DNA of 35,776 nucleotides, from positions 1 through 35,776 of the IMG/VR virus record IMGVR_UViG_3300037424_002776; one strand, written 5' to 3'. Below are positions 1-9,624 of this stretch, one piece after another (the first letter of the stretch is position 1; every line of letters starts with the position of its first letter). Source of the DNA: a virus. Taxonomy: Duplodnaviria > Caudoviricetes. The notes beneath the pieces are model-generated. The model did not search any database. It saw nothing but the letters and a program-made list of their open reading frames with translations, and was not told where the DNA came from. A program made the position numbers and the translations under genes.

Positions 1-153
1 AGAGAGGCTCAGGTTCGATTTAAGGAAGAATGGAGAAAAGATGTGGGCGGAATAAAGACTTCTCAGGTATCATTCGGTCAATGGCTTGATATGAAGAAAT
101 TTGAGGCTACAAAGTTTTATCTCAAGCATAGCGATTATTATTTAGGATTTTAA
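1..153 (+). CDS. 3' end of a hypothetical protein (partial)
   Basis: Frame 1 is open from the window edge to TAA at 151-153. Confidence 0.6.
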   Translation, partial: REAQVRFKEEWRKDVGGIKTSQVSFGQWLDMKKFEATKFYLKHSDYYLGF

Positions 154-173
154 ACACAAACATAAGAGAGACA

Positions 174-608
174 ATGAAGGTAAAAGTGATTAATGAGTCA
201 AACAATGACTTACCAAAGTACGAGACAGAGAATTCTGCAGGAATGGATGTTAGAGCTCACATTGATGAGGCGTTTACTCTACAACCAGGAGAGAGAAGAT
301 TGGTTAAGACTGGTCTTAAGTTAGAAATCCCAACTGGATATGAATGTCAAGTTCGACCAAGAAGTGGATTGGCGTACAAGAATGGTGTAACTGTTCTTAA
401 TAGCCCAGGAACAATTGATGCAGACTATAGAGGTGATGTTGGAGTAATCCTAATCAACCATGGTAGTGAGCCATTCGTAGTAAATCCAGGAGAGAGAATC
501 GCTCAGATTGTATTTTCTAAATATGAAAGAGCTGAGTGGGAGACCGCAGTAGCACTTGAAGAAACAGAACGTGGGGAAGGTGGATTTGGTTCTACTGGAA
601 CAAATTAA
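174..608 (+). CDS. dut: Trimeric dUTPase
   Basis: Motifs [33 protein letters not shown]. Confidence 0.97.
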   Translation: MKVKVINESNNDLPKYETENSAGMDVRAHIDEAFTLQPGERRLVKTGLKLEIPTGYECQVRPRSGLAYKNGVTVLNSPGTIDADYRGDVGVILINHGSEPFVVNPGERIAQIVFSKYERAEWETAVALEETERGEGGFGSTGTN

Positions 609-632
609 ATAAACAAACAAAAAGAGAGACAG

Positions 633-1325
633 ATGAATATCGAAAGTACAGCAAAAGGCTTCGAGCTTTTCGCAAGAGACAATGGTGTAGGAACAACCAC
701 GCTTGGTGACTACAAAAAAGCTGCAAATGGAATTTTAATTCCTCAGGCAATGACTCCAAATATTATTGAGGAGAGACAGCTTAATGCAGTAGCAATGGAT
801 GTGTTTTCACGTCTTATGATGGACAGAATTATCTTCCTTGGAATGGGGATTGATGATACGGTTGCAAATGTTGTGAACGCACAATTATTGTACCTTGAGT
901 CAATTGACTCAAAGAAGGACATCACAATTTATTTCAACTCTCCAGGTGGAAGCGTTTATGCTGGACTTGGAATCTATGATGTAATGCAGTATGTTAAACC
1001 AGAAATCATAACAGTTAACACTGGTATCGCAGCATCAATGGCTTACGTTCTTGCTTGTTCTGGAGCAAAAGGAAAGAGACTTTCTCTTCCGCATGCAAGA
1101 TACATGCAGCACCAACCACTTGGTGGAGCTCAAGGTCAAGCAAGCGACATGGAGATTACGGTTAAGGAAATCAATAAGCTTAAGAAAGAGCTTTATGAAA
1201 TTATTGCCAAACACACAGGAAAAGACTATGACACAATTCACAAAGATTGTGATAGAGATTTCTGGATGACAGCAAAAGAAGCGAAGGAGTACGGTTGTGT
1301 AGACCAAATTCTTGTTAGACAGTAA
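633..1325 (+). CDS. clpP: ATP-dependent Clp protease proteolytic subunit
   Basis: MDVFSRLMMDRIIFLG, NSPGGSV; catalytic triad in AASMA (Ser), MQHQP (His), DRDFWM (Asp). Confidence 0.97.
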   Translation: MNIESTAKGFELFARDNGVGTTTLGDYKKAANGILIPQAMTPNIIEERQLNAVAMDVFSRLMMDRIIFLGMGIDDTVANVVNAQLLYLESIDSKKDITIYFNSPGGSVYAGLGIYDVMQYVKPEIITVNTGIAASMAYVLACSGAKGKRLSLPHARYMQHQPLGGAQGQASDMEITVKEINKLKKELYEIIAKHTGKDYDTIHKDCDRDFWMTAKEAKEYGCVDQILVRQ

Positions 1326-1540
1326 TGGGCTTCTTTGAAGGTTCAAAATATACAATGGATGAAGTCAAGGCTGTCATGATAAATGAGGGCCTTGACTATG
1401 CCATTGATAGCTGGATGACTCTTGAGAACATTGAGGATGATGAGCTTCGTGAATTGTGCATGCAATTTAAAGAGGTGAGGCAAAAAATTAAAGATAGAAT
1501 GGAATCTGTGCTTGGTGAGGGTGCTTGTTCAGGATTATAA
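1325..1540 (+). CDS. Hypothetical protein
   Basis: TAATG coupling to clpP. Confidence 0.7.
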   Translation: MGFFEGSKYTMDEVKAVMINEGLDYAIDSWMTLENIEDDELRELCMQFKEVRQKIKDRMESVLGEGACSGL

Positions 1541-1549
1541 AATTGAAAA

Positions 1550-1852
1550 ATGGATTTAGAGTGCCCATATTGTGAAGTTGAGTTGGAAATTTGTCATGAT
1601 GATGGATTTGGATATGAAGAAGGCGTTAAGCATCAGATGGAATGTGGTCATTGTGGTAAAACATTTGTATTTGAGACCTCAATATCATTTTATTATGAGC
1701 CAGAAAAAGCAGATTGCTTAAATGATGGAAATCATGACTATAAGCCAACGAGAACCTATCCAAAGGAGTTCACTGAAATGAAGTGTTCAATGTGTGATGA
1801 CAAAAGAAAGCCGACTGAGATTGAGTGGAAAGAAATTTTAAAAGAAGGATAG
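1550..1852 (+). CDS. Zn-ribbon hypothetical protein
   Basis: CPYC, CGHC and CSMC motifs. Confidence 0.75.
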   Translation: MDLECPYCEVELEICHDDGFGYEEGVKHQMECGHCGKTFVFETSISFYYEPEKADCLNDGNHDYKPTRTYPKEFTEMKCSMCDDKRKPTEIEWKEILKEG

Positions 1853-1853
1853 C

Positions 1854-2354
1854 ATGAAAACAATTGCAATATACCCAGGAAGTTTCAATCCATTTACGAT
1901 TGGACATCAAAACATATTAGAAAAATCTGAGAGAATTTTCGGAAAGGATAATGTGATTGTTGCAATTGGAATTAATCCAGATAAGTACTCTAACCTTGAA
2001 GATGAAGAGCTTAGAAACCTCATCAATCATAAGATTGGTGTCATTGAAAAACAACTCCCATCAAAAAAAATTGAATATTACATGGGGTTCCTTACAGAAT
2101 ATGTTCGAGAGAAAGAATCTGAAGGTTATAATGTTGTTGTAATTCGTGGTCTTAGAAATGGATATGACTTTGACTATGAGTACAATCAAATTAGATTTAT
2201 GTGGGACCAAATGCCAGAATTAAACATCATGTGCCTATTTGCAGACCCAGCATACATGCATGTATCTTCAAGTGCCTACAGAGCGCTTGAAAAAGTTAAA
2301 TCAGGCTCAGGACATAAGTACCTGGCCAAAGAAAATTTGTATAATGGAGAATAA
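1854..2354 (+). CDS. coaD: Phosphopantetheine adenylyltransferase
   Basis: IAIYPGSFNPFTIGH, IRGLRNGYDFDYE, HVSSS. Confidence 0.9.
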   Translation: MKTIAIYPGSFNPFTIGHQNILEKSERIFGKDNVIVAIGINPDKYSNLEDEELRNLINHKIGVIEKQLPSKKIEYYMGFLTEYVREKESEGYNVVVIRGLRNGYDFDYEYNQIRFMWDQMPELNIMCLFADPAYMHVSSSAYRALEKVKSGSGHKYLAKENLYNGE

Positions 2355-3099
2355 ACATAATAAAACAGGGTTGTCTATATGTTTTTTTAGTGACCCACAC
2401 GGTTTTCATCATGAATTGTCAATTCCTGAAGCTGACATAGTTATCTGTTGTGGGGACATTTCGATGAAAGGAGAAAGGGCTGAAGTGAGGTCATTTCTTG
2501 ATTGGTTCAGTGAACTTCCTCATAAGTATAAAATTTTTATTCCTGGCAACCACGATTTTTGGTTTGAACCAAACCATCCAAGAAATAGAAGTCTTAGACC
2601 AGGTGAAAATCCAAGGGAGATAATTCCTTCAAACATTATATATCTTGAGGATGAGACAGTGGTAGTTGAGGGAATAAAAATTTTTGGAAGTCCATGGACA
2701 CCATGGTTTCATTCCTGGGCATTTAATGCAATGCGGGGAGATGATATTCAAAAACACTGGGACCTCATAGAGCCAGAAACTGATATTGTTGTGGTTCATG
2801 GGCCGCCTGCAGGAACTCACCTTGAGAGATGTCGTGGTGGAGATATGGTGGGTTGCGCAAATTTATCAAGGAAATTAGCCGAAATTCAACCAAAAATATG
2901 TAGTTTTGGACATATTCATGAGGCATATGGTATTGATGATAAGGAAATTTTGGACATTGAAGACCAATCGAAGCCAGGTAAGGTTATGAGATTAATAAAC
3001 TGCAGTGTTTTAAATCTACAATATTATGTTGCTAATGACCCAGTTTTAATTAATTGGGATGAGATATTAAAGTTGCATGAAAACCAGAAAAATGAGTAA
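2344..3099 (+). CDS. Calcineurin-like metallophosphoesterase
   Basis: DPHG, CGD, GNHD, HGPP, GHIHE; ATG 2344 preferred over the track start at 2239. Confidence 0.9.
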   Translation: MENKHNKTGLSICFFSDPHGFHHELSIPEADIVICCGDISMKGERAEVRSFLDWFSELPHKYKIFIPGNHDFWFEPNHPRNRSLRPGENPREIIPSNIIYLEDETVVVEGIKIFGSPWTPWFHSWAFNAMRGDDIQKHWDLIEPETDIVVVHGPPAGTHLERCRGGDMVGCANLSRKLAEIQPKICSFGHIHEAYGIDDKEILDIEDQSKPGKVMRLINCSVLNLQYYVANDPVLINWDEILKLHENQKNE

Positions 3100-3385
3100 A
3101 GAAGAAGATGTGTTAGAACCAGGAATAATATTTATACCTAATCTTCCGAAGCAAAAAAAATTACCAAGAAAGAAAAAGAAAGCTTACGTAAAAAGAATGG
3201 GGCCTAATGCTTATAGAATGATGTTAGCAGGCAATAGAATCATCACAAGTGATTATCCTATTATTAACGGAGTAGTGTTCTCTCCATATAATAAAAAGGA
3301 AACCAGGAAATTTAAGATGCCATCTTTTTATAGTAAGAAAACTATTGATTCAAGTCGTTATGGAATGTTAAAAATAGAAAAATAA
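3077..3385 (+). CDS. Basic hypothetical protein
   Basis: ORF in operon context; start may be the second ATG (MSKEE). Confidence 0.6.
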   Translation: MKTRKMSKEEDVLEPGIIFIPNLPKQKKLPRKKKKAYVKRMGPNAYRMMLAGNRIITSDYPIINGVVFSPYNKKETRKFKMPSFYSKKTIDSSRYGMLKIEK

Positions 3386-3412
3386 AATTTAAAAACGAAT
3401 TAAATAAAAATT

Positions 3413-3649
3413 ATGGGGAATAGTAGTTCGAGCTCAAGCTCAAGTGGAATAGGATTCGTAGGATTATTGACAATAGTATTTATTGTCCTTAAGTTGATTG
3501 AGAAAATCGACTGGTCATGGTGGTGGGTATTGAGTCCAATTTGGATTTCAGCATCACTTGCAATTATTGTGATTTTGTTTATGTTTTGGTTTGAGAAAAG
3601 AGTGCGTGATAAGGAAAGGGCAAAAAGAAACGAAAGATTTAAAAGATAA
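3413..3649 (+). CDS. Small two-TM phage membrane protein
   Basis: SSSGIGFVGLLTIVFIVLKL...IDWSWWWVLSPIW pattern. Confidence 0.8.
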   Translation: MGNSSSSSSSSGIGFVGLLTIVFIVLKLIEKIDWSWWWVLSPIWISASLAIIVILFMFWFEKRVRDKERAKRNERFKR

Positions 3650-4161
3650 TGGAAACAACAGAAAAAAAAGAGCAATTTGCCTTCTTCTGGGGAGGAACAA
3701 TGAGCCAGTGGGCTAAATCTAAATTCATCATTGATGGAGTAGAGTTTAATACATGTGAGCAGTACATGATGTACAAGAAAGCTCTTATGTTTGGTGACTA
3801 CGATATGGCTAAGGCTATCATGGGAACAAAAAATCCTAAGGAGCAAAAGCAATTCGGTAGACAAGTCAAAGGATTCAAGGATGATGTATGGGTTAAGTAT
3901 TGCAGAGACATTGTGTATGATGCAAACGTTGCAAAGTTCACTCAAAACAAAGATATGTATAATGAACTTATGTTCACAGCAGGAAGAACTCTTGTTGAAG
4001 CATCTCCTCTTGATAAGAGATGGGGAATTGGTCTTGATGCAAACAATCCATTTGCTCAGGATAGAAGCACTTGGCAAGGTCTTAACTGGCTTGGTGAGGC
4101 GATTGAGAGAGTTCGTGAAGATTTAATATCTGGAAAAATATCTTTAGTTGATAATGATTAA
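3649..4161 (+). CDS. NADAR (YbiA-like) family protein
   Basis: EQYMMYKKALMFGD, PKEQKQFGRQV, KFTQN, LVEASPLDKRWGIG, GLNWLG. Confidence 0.93.
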   Translation: METTEKKEQFAFFWGGTMSQWAKSKFIIDGVEFNTCEQYMMYKKALMFGDYDMAKAIMGTKNPKEQKQFGRQVKGFKDDVWVKYCRDIVYDANVAKFTQNKDMYNELMFTAGRTLVEASPLDKRWGIGLDANNPFAQDRSTWQGLNWLGEAIERVREDLISGKISLVDND

Positions 4162-4438
4162 GGTTATTGAAGATAGCGAGTGGGGCGAAGTAGAGCCAGA
4201 TTGTGATGGCGATGTTTTTGGTATGCAAGAATTTTACACACTTGATGAGCTAAAAAAAGCTGTTGAAATGGAGTTGGGTTCGATGTGCGAGAATGAACAG
4301 CACATGAGAAGTGTGCATGGAGACCCTACATACCTGCAGTGGGTTCTAAGCTCTGTATCAAGAAAGATTCAGCCTGGACAAAAAGTGGAGGTCGATGAGC
4401 TTAATCACCGATATAGGATAATTGAAGAGTTAGATTAA
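4154..4438 (+). CDS. Hypothetical protein
   Basis: ORF overlapping the NADAR stop, coupled to the next gene. Confidence 0.65.
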   Translation: MIKVIEDSEWGEVEPDCDGDVFGMQEFYTLDELKKAVEMELGSMCENEQHMRSVHGDPTYLQWVLSSVSRKIQPGQKVEVDELNHRYRIIEELD

Positions 4439-4926
4439 TGTGCAAAAAAGTTCTTGTCAAAAATTTCGATGGAGTGTTTGTTGAAGGCACTCTTGAGAAG
4501 GATAGTAATTTTTGGGGAGGATGGAAAGTAGTCTATGGCAATAGTAGCGCATCCATTAAAATTGCAAAAATAAAAGAAATGAAAGATAAAATTACATTTG
4601 AAGAGTTTCTTGAGATAGAAGGAAAGCTCGAAATAAGAATTGGGGAAATAGTTAGTGCAGATAGAGTTCCAAAATCAGATAAATTATTAGTGATGTATGT
4701 GAATTTTGGACCCAAAATTGGGGATAAGGTTTGTGTAACCAATTTAGGACAATATGATGAGCCATCAGAGTTTGTTGGGTCCATTTGTCCATTTGTCATG
4801 AACTTGAAGCCATCTAAGATGATGGGTATTGAGTCTGAGGTAATGATTATGGTTGGAGAGGATGACGATGATGGTATTTCTGGTTATCATATAAACCAAT
4901 ATCCACTTGGAGCCAAAATACTATAA
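4438..4926 (+). CDS. OB-fold tRNA-binding protein (Trbp111/CsaA/MetRS C-terminal-like)
   Basis: ITFEEF..LEIRIGEIVSADRVPKSDKLL, NLKPSKMMGIESEVMI; domain begins at ATG 4579. Confidence 0.85.
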   Translation: MCKKVLVKNFDGVFVEGTLEKDSNFWGGWKVVYGNSSASIKIAKIKEMKDKITFEEFLEIEGKLEIRIGEIVSADRVPKSDKLLVMYVNFGPKIGDKVCVTNLGQYDEPSEFVGSICPFVMNLKPSKMMGIESEVMIMVGEDDDDGISGYHINQYPLGAKIL

Positions 4927-4927
4927 G

Positions 4928-5719
4928 ATGTTAGGGGCAATTTGCGGAGATATAATTGGTTCAGTCTATGAAGGAATTAATGTGAAACACACAGAATTCC
5001 CTCTATTCAGAGAAGATTGTAGATATACAGATGACACAACACTTACTGTTGCAGTCGCTGATGCCATAATGAACAACAAAGACTACGCCAGTACAATAAG
5101 AGAGTATGGAAGACAGCATCCTCTTGCTGGATATGGCAGTTCTTTTATTGCATGGCTTGATGACCCAAATGCAGGTCCTTACAATAGTTGGGGAAATGGC
5201 TCTGCGATGAGAGTATCTCCAGTTGGGTGGTTATTTAATACTGAGGAATTGGTGTTAAATCAAGCGAGATTAACTGCAGAAGTTACACATAATCATCCAG
5301 AGGGTATCAAGGGCGCTCAAGCAATTGCGCTAAGTGTTTTCCTGGCCAGAACTGGCTCAAGTAAGGAAATAATAAAATCAAGAATTGAAAGTATGTTCGG
5401 GTATGACCTAAATAGAACTATTGATGGAATTAGGCCAACTTATGAGTTTGATGTGAGTTGTAAAGGTTCAGTACCAGAATCAATAATTGCATTCCTGGAA
5501 TCAGATGACTACGAGAGCTGTATTAGAAAGGCAATTTCAATCGGAGGTGACTCAGATACCATTGCTGCAATGGCTGGCTCGATAGCTGAAGCTTACTATG
5601 GTTACATTCCTCAAGAGATACTTGATGGAGTGAAACCAATTATCAAGAGCATTCCGAAGTTCACGGAGATACTCCAACAATTTATCTTTAAATTAGCATT
5701 AGAAAAAAAGGAAGCTTAG
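4928..5719 (+). CDS. ADP-ribosylglycohydrolase (DraG/ARH family)
   Basis: MLGAICGDIIGS, YTDDT, SWGNGSAMR, THNHPEG, GGDSDT. Confidence 0.95.
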   Translation: MLGAICGDIIGSVYEGINVKHTEFPLFREDCRYTDDTTLTVAVADAIMNNKDYASTIREYGRQHPLAGYGSSFIAWLDDPNAGPYNSWGNGSAMRVSPVGWLFNTEELVLNQARLTAEVTHNHPEGIKGAQAIALSVFLARTGSSKEIIKSRIESMFGYDLNRTIDGIRPTYEFDVSCKGSVPESIIAFLESDDYESCIRKAISIGGDSDTIAAMAGSIAEAYYGYIPQEILDGVKPIIKSIPKFTEILQQFIFKLALEKKEA

Positions 5720-7950
5720 ACAGCTTCCTTTTCTTTTTTGTTGATGTTTGCAAATTCAAATTGTTCACCCTTGACTCTTATTTCAATTTCAGAATCTTGA
5801 GCAACTTTGCTTGATAGTATTTCCTTTGAGAGTCTATTTAGAATTTCATCGTGAATCATCCTCTTAACTGGCCGAGCTCCATATTGAGGGTCGTAGCTCA
5901 TGTCAGTCATCTTGCTAAGAGCCTCTTCGCTTGCTGAGAGTTTAATGCCATTCTTTGCAAGTTTCTTTTGAACCCCCTTGAACTGAAGTTCAACAATGTC
6001 ACGAATGTTTTCTTTGTCTAAGTAATCGAACACAATTGTTTTATCAATTCGATTCAAGAATTCAGGTCTAACTTTTCCCTTGAGAAGAGTAAGTGCGATT
6101 TCCTCGGCTTTGGTCATGATTTCTTTTGCATCACCGAACTCACCTTTCTCTTCGCCACTCTCTTTAAGAGCCTCCACTCTTTGAATTCCAGCTATTAGAG
6201 CTTCGGAGCCAATGTTTGATGTCATGATGATGATTGTGTTCTTAAAATTAGCAAGACGACCCTTGTTGTCAGTTAATCTACCATCATCAAGAACTTGAAG
6301 AAGTGTGTTAAATACATTAGGGTGAGCCTTTTCAATCTCATCAAGGAGAATTACACTATACGGCTTTCTTCGGACCGCCTCTGTTAGTTGTCCTCCCTCA
6401 TCATATCCAATGTATCCTGGAGGTGCTCCTACAAGTCTTGACGAAGAATGAGCCTCTTGGAATTCACTCATATCAATTCTTGTGACCATATTCTCATCAT
6501 CGAACAAGTATTCTGCAAGAGCTTTTCCGAGTTCTGTTTTTCCAACTCCAGTTGTTCCCAGGAAAAGAAATGAGCCAATTGGCTTACTTTGATTTCCAAG
6601 TCCAGAGCGATTAATTCTGATGGCATCTGATACAGCTGTAACAGCAGCATCTTGCCCGATAATTCTTGAGTGAAGTTCCTCTTCAAGAACAAGAAGTTTG
6701 TCACGCTCACCTTGAGTCATCTTTGATACAGGAATGCCAGTCATTTTTGCAACAACTTCAGCGATGTCATTTGAGTGAACCTCTTCTTGCATCATACGAT
6801 TTCCAGATGCTTCAAGCTCCTTTAATTTTGAGAATGATTCTTTAACAGCTTCTTCGGCCTTAGGAAGTTCTACGTGTTGAATTTCATACAATTTTTTGAA
6901 ATCATCATTATCTTTAATTTCTTTTCTTGTAATTTTATCAAAGTTGAATTTGAGTTTCTCAACAAGTGCCTTTGCTTTGCTGGCACCTTCAATAATAGCC
7001 TTCTCGCTGTTCCATTTGGTATTGATTACATCAGCCTCAGCTTTAAGTGTCTTTATCTCTGCTTCAACTTCCAATAGGCGAGTATTGTTTTTTTCTCGCT
7101 TCATAGCTTGTCGCTCTATCTCAAGTTGCATGATTTTTCGATTCATGTCATCAACCGCCTCTGGAACAGAGTTAAGCTCCATTCTAAGTTTAGAACAAGC
7201 CTCATCCATAAGGTCAATTGCCTTATCTGGAAGATGTCTATCTGTGATGTATCTGTTTGATAGCTCAGCAGCAGCAATTAGAGCATCATCTTTAATGACA
7301 ACTCTATGATGTGCTTCAAATTTATCTTTAATCCCTCTAAGGATGGCAATTGTCTCTTCAAGACCAGGTTCATCAACAAATACTCTCTGAAATCTACGTT
7401 CAAGAGCTTTGTCATTCTCAAAATACTTTTGATACTCATCCATGGTTGTAGCACCAATGGTTCTCATTTCTCCTCTGGCCAGAGCTGGCTTAAGTAGGTT
7501 TGCAGCATCCATCGCTCCACCTCCGCCTCCAGCGCCAACAAGAATGTGAATCTCATCAATAAAAAGGACAATTTGTCCGTTTGATGCCGTCACTTCCTTG
7601 ATTACCCCTTTTAATCTATCTTCAAACTCACCTTTATGAACGGCCCCAGCAATTAAAGCACCCATATCAAGTGAGTAGATTTTTATGTCCTTAAGATTCT
7701 CTGGAACATCTCCACGAATTATTCGATGAGCAATACCTTCAACAATAGCGGTTTTTCCTACACCAGATTCTCCAACGATTACTGGGTTATTCTTGGTTCT
7801 TCTTGAAATAATTTGAAGGATTCTTCTAATTTCATCATCACGTCCTATAATTGGGTCGAGCCTACCCTCCTTGGCCTTAGCGGTTAGGTTTATTGCAAAC
7901 TTATCTAAGTTCGCATGAGGAGACATTCCTTGAGCGTTGTTTTGATTCAT
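5716..7950 (-). CDS. clpB: ClpB-like AAA+ chaperone lacking the N-terminal Clp-repeat domain
   Basis: Two Walker A motifs (GESGVGKT, GTTGVGKT), Walker B motifs FIDEIH and LLDEIEKAH, pore loop GAPPGYIGY, coiled-coil M domain. Confidence 0.93.
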   Translation of the reverse strand: MNQNNAQGMSPHANLDKFAINLTAKAKEGRLDPIIGRDDEIRRILQIISRRTKNNPVIVGESGVGKTAIVEGIAHRIIRGDVPENLKDIKIYSLDMGALIAGAVHKGEFEDRLKGVIKEVTASNGQIVLFIDEIHILVGAGGGGGAMDAANLLKPALARGEMRTIGATTMDEYQKYFENDKALERRFQRVFVDEPGLEETIAILRGIKDKFEAHHRVVIKDDALIAAAELSNRYITDRHLPDKAIDLMDEACSKLRMELNSVPEAVDDMNRKIMQLEIERQAMKREKNNTRLLEVEAEIKTLKAEADVINTKWNSEKAIIEGASKAKALVEKLKFNFDKITRKEIKDNDDFKKLYEIQHVELPKAEEAVKESFSKLKELEASGNRMMQEEVHSNDIAEVVAKMTGIPVSKMTQGERDKLLVLEEELHSRIIGQDAAVTAVSDAIRINRSGLGNQSKPIGSFLFLGTTGVGKTELGKALAEYLFDDENMVTRIDMSEFQEAHSSSRLVGAPPGYIGYDEGGQLTEAVRRKPYSVILLDEIEKAHPNVFNTLLQVLDDGRLTDNKGRLANFKNTIIIMTSNIGSEALIAGIQRVEALKESGEEKGEFGDAKEIMTKAEEIALTLLKGKVRPEFLNRIDKTIVFDYLDKENIRDIVELQFKGVQKKLAKNGIKLSASEEALSKMTDMSYDPQYGARPVKRMIHDEILNRLSKEILSSKVAQDSEIEIRVKGEQFEFANINKKEKEAV

Positions 7951-7972
7951 GTTTGTCTATTGTTAACGTCTG

Positions 7973-7998
7973 TTATACGCAATTATAAAAAATTTGTT
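7973..7998 (-). promoter_or_regulatory. AAC-N16-CGTAT promoter upstream of clpB
   Basis: Minus strand reads AACAaattttttataattgCGTATAA. Confidence 0.8.
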
Positions 7999-8027
7999 GC
8001 TAATATGCTAAAAGTTTTTTACTTTTG
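7993..8027 (+). promoter_or_regulatory. Bacteroidota housekeeping-type promoter (-33 TTTG/TTG, -7 TAnnTTTG)
   Basis: TACTTTTG at 8020-8027 with TTTGTTG at 7993-7999, upstream of the exonuclease. Confidence 0.6.
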
Positions 8028-8059
8028 CTAAAGAGAGACAAATATACTAAAAAAACATT

Positions 8060-8644
8060 ATGTACTTATTTTTTGACACTGAAACAACAGGTCTACCAAT
8101 TAATTGGAAAGCTCCTGTGTCTGATGTAGACAATTGGCCAAGAGTTACTCAACTTGCATGGCAAGTTTATGACGAGGATGGAAAGCTTATCAGAGAAAGA
8201 TGTAACCTAATAAAGCCAGATGGCTGGGAGATACCAAAAGAAGCATTCTTCATAGATAATAACATGTCAACTGAGAGGTGTGAAAGAGAAGGGGTTAGAA
8301 TGCTTGATATACTTGAAGATTTTGTTGAGCAGGTTGGTAACGCTGATTACTTGATTGCTCACAACATGGCTTTTGATGATAAAGTAATTGGAGCCGAAAT
8401 GATAAGGGCAAATCTTGCATTTGGTTCTGAGCCAAAGAAGGTGTGTACTATGCAAGAATCAATAGATTTCTGCAAGATTCCACCTTTCAAGTGGGGAAAT
8501 TATAAGTGGCCGAAGTTGATTGAGCTTCACGAAAAACTCTTTAATGAGGGTTTTGATGGGGCTCACGATGCTCTTGCTGATGTTAAGGCATGTGCCAGGT
8601 CTTTCTTCGAACTAAAGAAAAGGAGTATAATACTAAAATCATAA
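8060..8644 (+). CDS. DEDDh 3'-5' exonuclease (DnaQ-like)
   Basis: FFDTETTG, AHNMAFD, AHDALADV. Confidence 0.93.
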   Translation: MYLFFDTETTGLPINWKAPVSDVDNWPRVTQLAWQVYDEDGKLIRERCNLIKPDGWEIPKEAFFIDNNMSTERCEREGVRMLDILEDFVEQVGNADYLIAHNMAFDDKVIGAEMIRANLAFGSEPKKVCTMQESIDFCKIPPFKWGNYKWPKLIELHEKLFNEGFDGAHDALADVKACARSFFELKKRSIILKS

Positions 8645-8648
8645 TCAG

Positions 8649-9620
8649 ATGATAAACTTACCGATTCCAGTGGTCATGAACCTCAAGAAATCTCAGAACA
8701 TTCTTATATTAGGAATGGGCGGTGGATTTGATGTATTTGCGGGACTTCCTCTTTATTTTACTCTTGAGAAGATGGGAATGAATGTTCACCTTGCAAATTT
8801 CACTCACACTAACTGGGGAACTATATCTAACTATGCCGAGTTAATTCCAATGGCTCCTGGTTGTGTTGGAGTTACTGGAAATATCTTACAAGCTTCAGAG
8901 AACTTCCCTGAGGCTTATCTTGCAAATTGGTTCAGAGAGACCAAGCAACAAGATGTTAAGGTATGGCTCTTCAAGAGAGACCAAAGTGTTAAGGAATATG
9001 CAAGCTCACTTGATATGCTTGTGAAGCATCTGGGGATTGATGCCATTCTTCTTGTCGATGGTGGAATTGATTCCATAATGGTTGGTGATGAAGATGGAAG
9101 TGGGACAATGCTTGAAGATACATTAACTCTTGCTGCTGTAAAAAATGTAAATGTTCCAACTAAAATACTTGCCTGCGTAGGATTTGGTACAGAGATTGAA
9201 GAAAACCTTTCTCACTATCTCGCACTTGAGAATATGGCCAATATAACAAAACAAGGTGGTTTCTATGGAAGTTGCAGTCTTGTAAATTATATGAAATCAT
9301 TCCAAGATTATAGAGAGGCTTGCCTTCATGTATTTTCTCAACCTGGCCATAGAAAGTCACACGTACAACCAAGGATTATTAATTCTGCAGAGGGTGAGTT
9401 TGGAGACTTTCACATGTTTCCAATGGAGAAGAAAATGGATATATTTATATCTCCGCTGACAAGTGTTTACTGGTTCTATAATGCTGATGCAGCAATTTTT
9501 AACAATGCTGTAATACCTGTAATTGAAGAAAAGGAAACTTTCTTTGACGCAGTTCAGGTAGGGGTGCCTATGATTAAGAATCACGTTCTCCGAGCAAGGA
9601 GGCCAATACCATTAACATAA
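8649..9620 (+). CDS. DUF1152-like protein
   Basis: GMGGGFDVFAGLPLY, LVDGGIDS, GDEDGSGT, GFGTE. Confidence 0.75.
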   Translation: MINLPIPVVMNLKKSQNILILGMGGGFDVFAGLPLYFTLEKMGMNVHLANFTHTNWGTISNYAELIPMAPGCVGVTGNILQASENFPEAYLANWFRETKQQDVKVWLFKRDQSVKEYASSLDMLVKHLGIDAILLVDGGIDSIMVGDEDGSGTMLEDTLTLAAVKNVNVPTKILACVGFGTEIEENLSHYLALENMANITKQGGFYGSCSLVNYMKSFQDYREACLHVFSQPGHRKSHVQPRIINSAEGEFGDFHMFPMEKKMDIFISPLTSVYWFYNADAAIFNNAVIPVIEEKETFFDAVQVGVPMIKNHVLRARRPIPLT

Positions 9621-9624
9621 GAAT

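Noticed and set aside
3400-4077. 225-aa minus-strand ORF, and similar antisense or nested ORFs in the track
   Set aside because: Shadows of well-supported genes on the other strand or frame, with no recognisable motifs
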